A DNA stretch of 64,000 nt. Origin: Tubulanus polymorphus (taxonomy: Eukaryota; Animalia; Nemertea). Positions 1 to 12,400 of this stretch are shown here, in pieces (position 1 is the stretch's first letter; the number at the start of each line of letters is the position of its first letter). The notes below the pieces were generated by a model. That model saw only the letters and a list, made by a program, of their open reading frames with translations. It ran no database searches and had not been told where the DNA came from. The stretch lies in assembly GCF_964204645.1 (NCBI RefSeq), contig NC_134031.1, positions 19,909,910-19,973,909 of the forward strand, written 5' to 3'. The position numbers were made by a program, and so were the translations under genes.

Positions 1-100
1 TTTTTTTCTCTAGGCAAATTTCCATGCTCCAAAGAATACTCGCAAATGTGAGTGTAAGAGTATCTGTATGAATGAATGAATAAGATAATTTTGTACTCAC

Positions 101-410
101 TGTTCAGATGTCTCGCGAGCTATTTTAGCGATCTCTGTCATTCTTATCGACTGTTGACCGAGTTTTTTTTGGGCCTCTTTCGCTTTACGTAGAGCATCTT
201 TTCCATCTTTTTCGATGTAGTTTTCCGCGTCTTCTAATATTTTTTCCGTACGATCTAGAGTCAATTTCGCGTTCATGATATCGTCCATACTGACTTTAGC
301 GTTACCTCCCGTTTCTCCGGACTTCTTCGTGATGGAATTCGTTTTTTCTTGTATCTCTTTCACGGCCTTTTTCACCTCCTCGAGTTGTTCAGCCATCGGA
401 CCATCGATAC
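101..410 (-). CDS. LAMC1: Laminin gamma-1 exon 18 (coiled coil)
   Basis: Heptad-rich [10 protein letters not shown]...[13 protein letters not shown]; donor CA|GTGAGT at 100. Confidence 0.9.
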
Positions 411-3400
411 CTTAAAAATAACATTGAACAATTAACAAAATAAACACTCATTCGTTTACTAAGTAAATCAGTAGTTTGAATCGCAAAAGATCGAAAGTTT
501 AATTCGATCATATCATTACCTATAGCCTTTCTAGCGTCTTCTAAGAGTTGATCGACGAGGAGCGCGACTTGATCGAGTCGATACTTGAAATCAGTATCGT
601 TCACAGCCGTCGGATTCGAGCCTATATTCGCTATGAGATCTCGAAGTTCGTACAGTTTTACGCGATGGCGATCGACGCGATCTTTAATCAATGTGTAACA
701 TGCAGGACATCCTACAAATCAATAACAATACATAAACTGTACAAACAGCTCATCCCTCAAACCACTCAGCACCTAGGATATTATTAGCAAGTTTGAGGTT
801 TCTATTTCCACTCAACTAACTGAGCACTATTCAGAACATTATTAGAGGGTTTGAGGTTTCTTCCTCCATTATGGGGAAAAGGCCAGAGTAGTCCTTAGAG
901 CTAAGAACTCTGCAACCACCAGGATTTGAACCCTTAAACCCTGGGTTGATGTAAGACCAGTGACAGTTGGTGTCTAATACAATGAACCATGCCTAACTTT
1001 CAGAATCGGTCCGCGAAATCCAAGTTAAGGATAGAAAAATATGTTAGAAAGGGACAACAATATAGTTTTTGTCCAAATTCTGAGTTGACCATGTTTGAGT
1101 AATGTAAGGTAAACACGACAACTCGTGAATGAACAGTAGTTTATTGTTTACCTATACAACCAGCAGTGATGTTGAATTTGTTTTCTTCGCAGACGTCACA
1201 CGACCGTCCAACGACAGACGGTTTACACGGACACTGACCGCTTTCATCGCATTGTAAGTCAACTGATCCTTCAGAATCACAATTACACGCTGAAATATAC
1301 AGTATATACACGTGAATGTATTAGAATGAGAAATGTTAAGTAAGATGCCGAGTAAAATTATGGCACCTTTTTTATCAGACATACTGACATTCAATGTATA
1401 TTCACTCACCGAAACATCCTTCAGAACCGAAACCGTAATAAGTCGATAAACAAGTGTCACACGTACGACCGTCTACTCCTGGTTTACACGGACATTGACC
1501 GGTAATCTCGTGACAGCTAGCATTATACGAACCAACTGGATCGCAGTTACATGGCTGACCACCTAAAACAAAGTTTAATTAAGAATTGAACATACCCGGT
1601 GCCAAACCGTTTAATGCTTAACGAACATATGGTAGAATTTTTCTGTCAATTATAAAATGAACTGGTAGTCAGTGGACTTAGCTAAAACAGTTATAACACG
1701 ACACGATTTACTGAATAGATAAGAAATACTGATTTGTCTTACCCTTTCTGGAGTCAATGTCGAAGAATCCTTCGGCTGGTTTATCACATTTTCTGTTAAC
1801 TACATTAGGTCGACACGGACATTGACCGGTTTTACGGTCGCACTGTATGACAGCCTCACCTACTGTACCGTGACTTCCGGGACCGTAACAATTACAAGCT
1901 ACAAATAGATTCAATTCATTAGAAATAGTTAATATCGATTTTAAGGTCTTTTGCCCAAAAAAATGTTATCCTGTATTTTGTGAAAATTGTTTACACAAGC
2001 TGGAACCGAAATCAAGTTCAACTGATCATCTCAATACATCAGTACTTCGATTTCTGATTTCAAAATCAAAACTTGTTTCCATCCTGGTAGGTGTTGTGGG
2101 TTAGTAGGGGACACAAATGAAATCAATCAATCGAACAAATAACAGGGACAATCATCCCTATTTGATTACCTCGACATTGTCCTTTAGGTAAAGCGATTGG
2201 ATCGCCGAAATAACCGGGTAAACATTCCCCACAATCTGAGCCAGCGGTGTTATAAATACACTTCAAACATTCACCACTCGTACTGTAAAATAACGTAGTA
2301 TTCATTGATAAACCGGCATGAGGGAAAGGGAACAGGATTCATTGTAAATCCTGGAAATGTGATGGAAATAAGTAATAACGAATAATTCTTGGAGAAAATC
2401 ATAGACTCCGAATGGCACGATCCATGAAGGAATGATTTGGTTTTTTGTCGATTTAGAAATATGAATTCCGAATGTACCTGTTACAGTTAGCGACCGCGTT
2501 CTTGTCGATGTTAGAATTACACAAACATTCCTCACACGGCCGGGGAGCACCGTATTTACCCTCCGGGTCGCCGTAAAAACCATCGGCACAAAAATCACAT
2601 CTCAAACCTAAAATTCATTTCAGATAGCGAGTCCTTATTAGCTAAAAGTGTATCGTTTCACATTACAATCTTATTGCGTATTCCGTTTTTGTGTAAAGCA
2701 ATGATGCTTTATAGAAAAAAAATCGATTTCATTATTACAAAATATAACAGCATCATTGTCTTGTGACTTCATGAATATTTTGAAACTTCTTCACATCAAT
2801 GGTTTCTTACCGGAATATCCAGCTTTACAATTAATACAAGCGATGTCGCCGGTCAATAACTCAACGCAGCTTCCTCCATCCGGACACGGACATTTCTGAC
2901 AATCATCCGGGGTACCTTTCATAGCGTAACCGTAGTAACCGGGAGCGCAGCGTTCGCAGTTATCTCCAGTCGTATGATGCTGACATATACATCGTCCTAA
3001 CGAGCGTAAAATCAGAGTAAGAATCATTTCATAGATCGTAAAGATCAAATATCTGATCGATTAACTCTACAGACAACTGGCCCCTGAACATTTGAAGTTG
3101 TAAATATTACCTGAATTAACGTCACAAGATTGCGAGTGTCCGTTACAGTTACAGGGTATGCACCTAGCGTACGGACCTCCGTACGGCGGATCACGTCTAT
3201 ATCCGGCTGCACATGACTCACAGAACTGCCCGACGTAACCCTCCGGACACGTACACTGTTCAATCCACGACGCTTCTTCACCGCCGTTAGTACTACGAGC
3301 AGCCGACTGCAGCTTCAGATCATCAAGAATTCCTGATCCTAAAACAAAGTCGGAAAGGATCCTGAATAAGTAAAGGGGTCGTTCATTAAGAACGCACAGC

Positions 3401-6400
3401 AGAAACTGCTGAGACTTTTTTCTCTAATTTCAAGCCCATTCCGTCTACCAGTCGTGGACGGCAATACTATCCAGCTTCGATCGAAATCCAGACTTAATCA
3501 ATCTGGATAAAGTGGATTTGATTGTACCTGAATTACATTGATTTTCAAAAATACCTTGGTTAGTATACGTAGCCCTGATTTTGATCGCCGTCAAGTTTGA
3601 TAAAACTCCGATGAATTCGGTAGCCGCCAGTCTCGGGGTCCACTGATAGTCGGGATGTTCGTTCAGACGGAATTTAAACTCTTGCACGAAGTCTCGCGGC
3701 ATGTTGTTACGCTGCGAGAAGATCGGCGTCGAGATCTTCTGATTGGCGCCCTCTAGGATGATATCGGTACGCGAAGCGCGGGCGTCGTCTCCACTGATTC
3801 GTAGTGTGAACGTTAAATACTGGTTGTAACTGAATCGTTGATCACCCAAATAACGAGCTGACAATAAAAAGAAAACAAATCCATTACAGTTATAATTGAT
3901 TACAGGGTTCCTACAGGATCAGGGAATCCAAAATTCCCTAACTCGCCATGACCCTTAACCAAAAATTCCCTGATTTAATTGTAAGATATGAAAAGGTTCG
4001 TTGTGACACTCATCACCAGCAAGAACAAGACACCAAAAATTCATATTCGCTGATTATCAGCGAGTCTGAATTCACTTATTTTCCCTGCGGGGACAAATGA
4101 CTTCAGAATTCCCTGATCTGCGTGTGTTAGCACTGAATGAAATTGAATCTGGTGTGGAGTATGTGGAGCTGCACCGAACAGGCTACAGATACCATAGATC
4201 ACTACAAAATACATCCACACTTACTTGGTAGAGTAAAGTAAACTGGATCTGCATTTGGAGTTGAGACAATTATATTCTGGTTGTTTGGGTCGTATTGAAT
4301 CGGTGTTGTATTGCCGTCCTGATCAACAGCGCTAACTCTCTGAGAATCTGTAAACGATACAGAGATCAGTTATAAAGTGTAGATATTCCGAGCTAGAATG
4401 TGCTGCCATCTGAACATCGATGACAAGCAGGCAGATCTATATATCAATGAATACTCACTGGAATTAAATACGGACTCAATAACCCTTTCCTGGTATCCGG
4501 GAGCTGATGAACAGACAGAAGAATGTCCGAAACAGAAACAAGATATACAGCCATACGGGTCGGATTTCTCTAATCCAAAATATCCCGGTTTACATCTGAA
4601 AATTCACAAAAACCATCCTTCACATAAATACATCTCTTAGTTTCGAATTTGATGAAGTTTTTTCTTCTAATCTGTGAAAGAGAGTGAGGAGCTGTCAACG
4701 CTGCTACTGTGGCAATCGAGGATTAATCTTATGGCAAGCGAGGATCCACTAGGTGTCGCTTGTCGTTTACTCAATATTTCACGTTCAATTTCTTCCAATT
4801 TCTGTGATCGTGTATGGATTTGGGAACCCAACAAATTATGGACAAGTTATGACGCCATCTGGCGTGATAGCTGGTGTCGCAGTTTCCCATTATTAACAGT
4901 AATATGCCGGTACGTACTTATCACAATTCTGTCCTTCGACAAACTCTTTACAAGAGCAAATACCAGTGTTCGCCAAACATCGAGGGTCATTATCCAGACT
5001 ACCGGCAACAACACAGGCACACGGTCTGAAAATCATAAATACCAGTATAGTAGCAAAACACGTTCATCTCAGTCCCTAAGGATCAGTTATTCCTGGATAT
5101 AAGGAGTTTTCAAGGAAAAAAATTTCAAATTTTGAGGAAGTGTCCACATCACTTTTATATATCCCAATTACTCCTAGACTCCTCCCTAATCACATTTTCA
5201 TTTGAATTTCAATCCGAATGTTTAATTCGGTTACCACCCAATTTGATAAAAATAAATCCCAACTGTACCAATTTAGGCATACTTTACTGCTGTATAACAA
5301 CTACTAAAAAATTTCCAATTGCCTATTTCTCAAAACTGAAGGAGTTTCATTCGAGCACCATTAAAAGCATTTTCAATTCAAAAGGAGTTTGTAAGGAATC
5401 AAGGAGTCATAGGGACACTGTACATTGTACATTCAAGTCATAAACATTACCTGCATCCGTTGGGTCCGAAGTCATAATGATTGCTCTGACATTGGTCACA
5501 TTTCTCACCGGTTACGCCAGATTTACACGTACACTGGCCGTAGATATCACACTGTAACCGTTGCGAACCGGTCGGATCACAGTTACACGCGACACAGCGC
5601 TGATCCTGCGCTCGCCGGTAGAAATTCTCTTTACAATTCTCGCAGTTGGCGCCGTCTGTGTTGTCTTGACAGTTCATACAGTGACCGCCGTGTCCGGTCT
5701 GTTGGAACAGCTCTTCGTCGAAGTAACATTGCAGCGATAATCCATTACAGTTACAAGCTGAAATTATACAGCTTCAATACAGGGGTGGATATTCTAGGCC
5801 TTCTTTTGAAGGTCTCGTGACACGGGGCATTTTTTATCATAGAAAACGCATACCGTAAAATCTCCCTTAACCCTCACTTTTTTCTTGGAAGAATGGAATA
5901 TGAAAATTCTTTTATTTGTGGATGGCACACCTTAATCTGAGGCGATCTCAGAGTCTACCGTAATAATACCTACTACTTCCAGGAGATCGCAATCTGCTCA
6001 ATTTGTCATGAAGTTAATGGCAAAATTTCTAGAGAGCTTACTGTAGAAACTTCTTTTTAAATGATTTTTTGTAACTTGACAGATTTCAACGCAGCAGGAA
6101 TCTACTAGCTATGTTTTCTCTGCAGAAACAGTTTATTTGTGCCGAATAAACTTTTTTCAACCGACTGGCCTAAATAGTGAAGGCAGCAGCTTACAGTGAC
6201 TGTTGTCTACTACAGCAAACATACACTACAAAGACAACATCATACCCCTACACACTGGCACAGGCAGACTGCCCTGTGATGATGCAATTTTAAGTGTTTT
6301 CTGAATAAACAGTCACCGGTTAATGTATACGCGTTTACACTTTTTGCCAGACATACCAATTGAATAGTTGTCTATACAACAAACTTATGAAGTTGCCCCA

Positions 6401-9400
6401 AATATATCTAGAAAGAATTAGGTATTCTACCACTTGCCGAGACATGCCATTTCGAACTTTTAGACAGGTTTCCATTGAACGTATTCCGGAGTACAAACTC
6501 TCTACCACCGGCTTCAAGAAAACCCGAGTAAACCCCATTTATGAAATATGATAAAAATTCCACAATTGAATTGAAAATGGAAGCAGGAAGGTTTCAACAG
6601 CTATACCGGTATTCGAATAGTCATCTTCAGGAGTACTGTATTCCTGAAGATGAGGAATAAAATACTAAATCAAGAATCATTTCAGACTTGATTTTCTTTT
6701 ATATTGTAGGATTTTATCATATATTCTCACAACATGGACTCAAAGAGTTCCATCTATAAGGCTCCAGGAGGGAAAATAAGACGATCGTGAATAAGTAACG
6801 CTGAAATTATGCAACTCACGTTGACATTCATTGGCTGAAGCCGCAGTAGCACGCGCCCACGGGCGATCATTGTAAAACGGCTGACATTCATTACAATCGG
6901 GTCCTTGAGTATTGTGTTCGCATCTGCAGACTAACCGCGCCACCTGGCCTTGACCTGTACTTTCGACGCATTCGCTCGAATGACCGTTACACTTACATCT
7001 GATGAGAAATAAAATACAATCTTCGTGTGTATTAGAAAGATTTAGGCATTCAAACTCATCAAAGACAGCACGGGGAAATATTATTTATAGAATAAATGAT
7101 CTCCTTGAGTCAGCGAGAAGAGGTTGAGTTGAGAGCCAGTCTCACTGTGTATATAATACATCAAACTACTTCAGATGAATACACAGCAGATAACTGGATA
7201 TCTTCTTCTTCTTCTCTCGGTTTCTCGAGAAAACAAGATCTGTAAGAAAAATCCCCCAGACCCACGATACATTTACGAGACCAGGGAGCGAAACGTAATA
7301 TACTCGATCACTATCGATTATCAAAATTTCCAGCTAGGTTAAATGTAAATTCTCAGTAAAAATGGCCAAAATGCCCGTAGAAGGTAATTGAGAATAGTTT
7401 TATCTGATTTCCTGCAGGTTTTCAACACAGGAAACAGGATCAACTTCAGGTTAAATATACCACGAATCCTAGGAAAGGAATGTTCTCGTCTATCTCCAGC
7501 CACATTGACAAACCTCAATTCAAAACATACTTGTGGTTTTCCACGAAAAATAAGGACTGCATTTTAGGAATTGGATACCTGTAGCAGATCTACAGGAAGC
7601 CCAGCACTGACCAATATAATGGTGGTAGTGATCATCAGAAGTTCATTCTCATACGTGGATAGGACCAATCCAGTGCATCACACACATTTTAGCCATTATC
7701 ACTGGTCCAGCTAGACACAACCTACGACGCAAATTTTCTATTTACACGCAGAGAATTCTAAAATCTTAGATGGGTCCATGGTCGGTCTAAATTGCATGCC
7801 TTTTTTGAGAAATCCTATATTCATTCAATCCGAATCATTCTCTCACAAGAAGAGACTGAAAGACTGAAATGCAAACTGAAGAATTCAGTAGCAGAAACTG
7901 GAGTAAGCGCTACTGTAACGAGTACAGCGCACGTAGTGTCTAATCAATTATCTTCTATTTATCACTGTGGTATTTGTATTTCCTGGTTTTATTACCGCAA
8001 AAGTATTTCCTGATGATGACTGAAAACCACACGAAGAACTCCCAGCCGCAAGAAATCAAATCAGGGGTGATAGTGGTATAAACAATCCACCAATGGGTTT
8101 ATAACGAGTAGACCCCCGATCGAGAGGACACACCAAATATAGAATAAACCATTCGATGTTTGATGAGCGAATTTTTCCCTCAGATTCTACTCTTAGGTTA
8201 TTCGCATTACTATTTACTTGATCAACAATGCTCCTATCGATTATGAAATAAATCAACAAGATTTTGAGTGCACAAGGAAGGTCAATAACTAATGTACGGA
8301 GATATTCTAACCCAGTGACCTGGTCATTCACTTCATTAAATGTGTCAACTCCTACAATGGATACCTTCCTGTATGTGACAATAGAGATAGTTTGGATGAT
8401 AGTAAGAATTTGATTATAACCTATACAACAATAACATGAACTCTCTATAGAATGTATCATTGCACTGTACGGGCTATATGTATTACCAGACTGTAGCTTC
8501 ATCATAAACTCCTAAATCTGAATATGAACTTCCCTTCAGATATTTACCTTTCTGGGTAATGATCGGTTTTAGAAAGAGTGCTAATAAAATGTCTAATGTC
8601 TTCTGAGTGTTTGCAGTTCATTTCTCTAACAAAATTGTCTCAGGTGAAGCACTGAACTCATTTGAATTGATATGTAGACGATTAGTTTTTGAAGATGTTC
8701 TGATGAAATGACTTACGCCTCAAAAATGTCTCGAGGTGAGGAGTGAAAGATCAGAAAGAAAAGCATCGAACATCTGCAGGGTACATAAACCCACCAAACA
8801 ATAGTATTCAGAAAAATTCCTCTGAATCTGAAATTCCCTGATTTTTCACTGATTTTACAGGAAAAGGCTTAGATTCCCTGATTTTCTTGCAGGAAAAAAC
8901 CTCCTGAATTCCTTGGTCTGCACAAACACAGAGGTTGATACTTGCATTAAAAACTCAGATATCTTACCTTCCTCCTATAGATATATCTGATATACCGTAA
9001 TAATACGACTGTAAAACTGTTTTATCAGCGAATACTTCGTCACCAAACGTGTTCAATCTGTTTAATACAATCTTGATCTCAGTAGCTGTCACCCAGTCCT
9101 AATTCAGAAAATATTTCAATTCAAAAACAAACAATTTCAGTAAATTCAGTTGGACCAGTTCCTGTCTATTCCCTTATTAATCATCCTTCCCAGACAGGGA
9201 TTCAAACCTGATGGCATCGTTAAACTCAACTAGACTCAGCCACGGCATGAACCCCTGCCACACTAGACTAGGTCTACCAGCAACCATGATGATTGCTCGT
9301 AAACTAGGTGTACAGGTACATCTGAAGGTTTGCCACACGAAAACTTGCGGCACTAATTGCAGAGATTGCCCGCTGTATAATAAACATATATCTGCGCACT

Positions 9401-12400
9401 CGTCTAGTGTGGCAGGGTTTCGTACCGTGGCGAGTCTTGATGCCATCAGGTTCGAATCCCTGCCGGGGGAGGATGGCACTACTGAGAGTATTGATGTAGA
9501 GACACTGAGCCTAATTTAAGAACAGTCCAACAGTGGTCTTGAATTCTTAAGCGACTGGTTCAAAGTTGATAAAATGGCCATAGAATTAAGATAGTTTTAC
9601 TGGTCTTAAATTTCAACCATGACTGCGCGACCAAACCTTGGAAGGAAGCGTTACAGAACGACTTTACGAACCTGTAACGCCTGACTGCTCTCGAAGGTGT
9701 AAGCGCTAGGTCGTCCTTCTAGGGTACTGAACGCGACGTTACCCCCGGTTAAAGGCGATATATCGCTGTAATCGGCCGAACAGACGGCTTTTTTCTCGTC
9801 GTCTCTCGTGATTAAACCGTCGGTCGGTAGTTCATATGTCTCCTGACACGAGCCGCTATAATACTGATACGGCACCCAATCGCTGCCCTCCGTCGTGCGT
9901 TTATAGATGGCGAAACTCTCCGGTCGCGGAGAATGAAACTTTATCCGTACGTACGTGATATCATACGATTTACCTACAAAAATATCATATCTTAAATTTA
10001 ACACGTTTTACAACTAGCACGTCAAATTATAGGGTGGTGCAGAGTTAAGCAAATAGGACATCAAGCTTTATAACCACTGACCACACAAGTGGTCAAATCA
10101 TTGCATGTGAATTGCAACTGGTTGCCTCACACTTGTCATAGCATTGTTTTAACGTCTTATCGTTTTCAGCACATATCGTAGCATTCTAGCCTATGCTATA
10201 TTCTTACAGTTGCCGAGAAAAAGGGAAACCTTTTCATCCAGTTGAGTAGCTTCAAAATGTTCCTCATTAGTTTATTCGACCTCATCGAGTATTACTTTTA
10301 GACTAACATCTAGATTGATTAACTAATAACTTTATCTGAAGTGAAGAAATGGAGAGAAAGATAGAATGCTTTGATGTCTGTATAAATTAGGTGATAAAGC
10401 CTATTAACTGTAAGTATTAGACTCCATCTGCAAAGCCATGTGCGTCTAGTTAGGTTTTATGAATGAATGGAGGATCTACTACTATTTATCACTCGTTCCC
10501 AGCTGGTTTTTCTCAACAACTTAATTATCTTTTGTTCCAATAAACAAACAACAGGAGCACTTTTTAGTAACCAAAATTCACAGCAGCATTCCAGAAGGAG
10601 TAGGACCCTTTACAAACAACTTCTAAATATTTTTTAAAGATTCTTCGTTGATTCAAATACAGCAACGAGGCAGACGTAGACGGCATTTCTATGATTTGAG
10701 AGGAAGAAGAGGAAATGAAAAACTAAATGATACAAAACATTGAAAATTTCATTTAAAATGTTTTGGTTTCCAATCAAAAACCATCATCAAGCAATTTGGC
10801 CCGTTTGTCGAGGCCCATCTTGAAAAATTCAGAAATTATCAAAGTTTTCTATTTCTAAAATCTTTTTGTTCTTTTATTTTGGGTTTAAAACTATGCATTT
10901 CTAAAGAATTCAAACATCCCATAGCTGTGGGCTTCCCAAATAAAACCGCGATTACACGTGAGACGATGCAGCCCAGGCCAAAATTGGCACGGACCAGACT
11001 CAAGTAAAATGCATTGCCCGTGCAATGCATTCACACGCAAACCACTCACTCCATACATACCCTATTATTGGCAAGGGCCTGGTCCCAATGTATATGGCCA
11101 GGGCAAATTTGGCACCGGCCAAAAATGCTTGCATGATCAGCGCTTAGCGATCATTTGACAGGGAAAATCAGATCGAGAAAAATTAAATTAGCCCAGCTTT
11201 ATCAATTCATGCGACAAGGAAAACTGAAGTTGTTACTAAAAGGTTATCAAATTTACCACCGCAATGAAATAGCTACGTGTCATAATAACCACGAGTAAGA
11301 AGATTACATCAGTAAATAGAGAACAATCTAAACAGATAGAAAATACTGATTAAATACTATCTCTATTCCTATAGTAAACGCGATGAATTCAATGTTGTTA
11401 TACAAGACAACATGACTCCGGAGGGGAAACGCAAGTCAGATCTTTAGAAAAAGAATCTCAAACCCGGAGCTACATTTACATCCAGAGTATTCAATAATAA
11501 TGCTTTATATTTCAATAGACAACTGACCCCGGGATTCTTCAGTTTAAATTTTCTTAGTTTAGATTGTTAGTAAACAATTCTCACTTGACTCTTCACCTGT
11601 ATAAAGTGCTTTTCAACTTGTGGGGCTATTAAATAGTAAGGTAAATGAAAACATGGTAAAGTGAGAGAGATCGTTCTACTTACATCCCATTTCATCAAGC
11701 ATGATGAAAGATTAACAAATCTCAGCAGTTCATTGAACTGATGACGACCCCATTTTTTGACAAAGAAAAATGATGCTTCATTTCTAATTAGGGTCAATTA
11801 GATTCATGCCAAAAATGTTAATTTTTCACTGATATAAAACGCATTGTACCCTCAGCGTAAAACACCATCACACGCCTGCAACACAGTAACACGGTCATGT
11901 TTTGGTGCTGGAATTAATTTGGTTGGATCATGTAACTGCACAAATTACTGCAATTGACATTTTTAGAATGATTCCGTCAGACTAACTGGCATACCTACAT
12001 GTAGCCGTACAAACTTTCTAATTGAGGCTCAAATTGCGGAACTTCTGAGTCGTCCATGCGCAATAACGGAAACAAAGGGTGTTACGAAAATAGACTAGGG
12101 GTATCTGGGAGATAGAAGCTAACTCTTAAAGTATTGGATTATGGGATGAACGACCGAGGTCCATCTTTGAAAAGCTCATTTAAACTATTGGGCCTATAGC
12201 GTGGTAGATGAAGCTAAAGTTTGAAAACAAGCCGTATGGCAGCTCCCAAGTCTCAGCAGCAGCCTATACCCAGTACACACAGCACACCACACTGAGTATC
12301 TGTGAGGCACATGTGTGTATGTGAAAAACTTTTTATATATCTCTCAGTAAAACTATATACACCTCTAACTAAACATACAACCTACTCGGCTAAAATCTAC

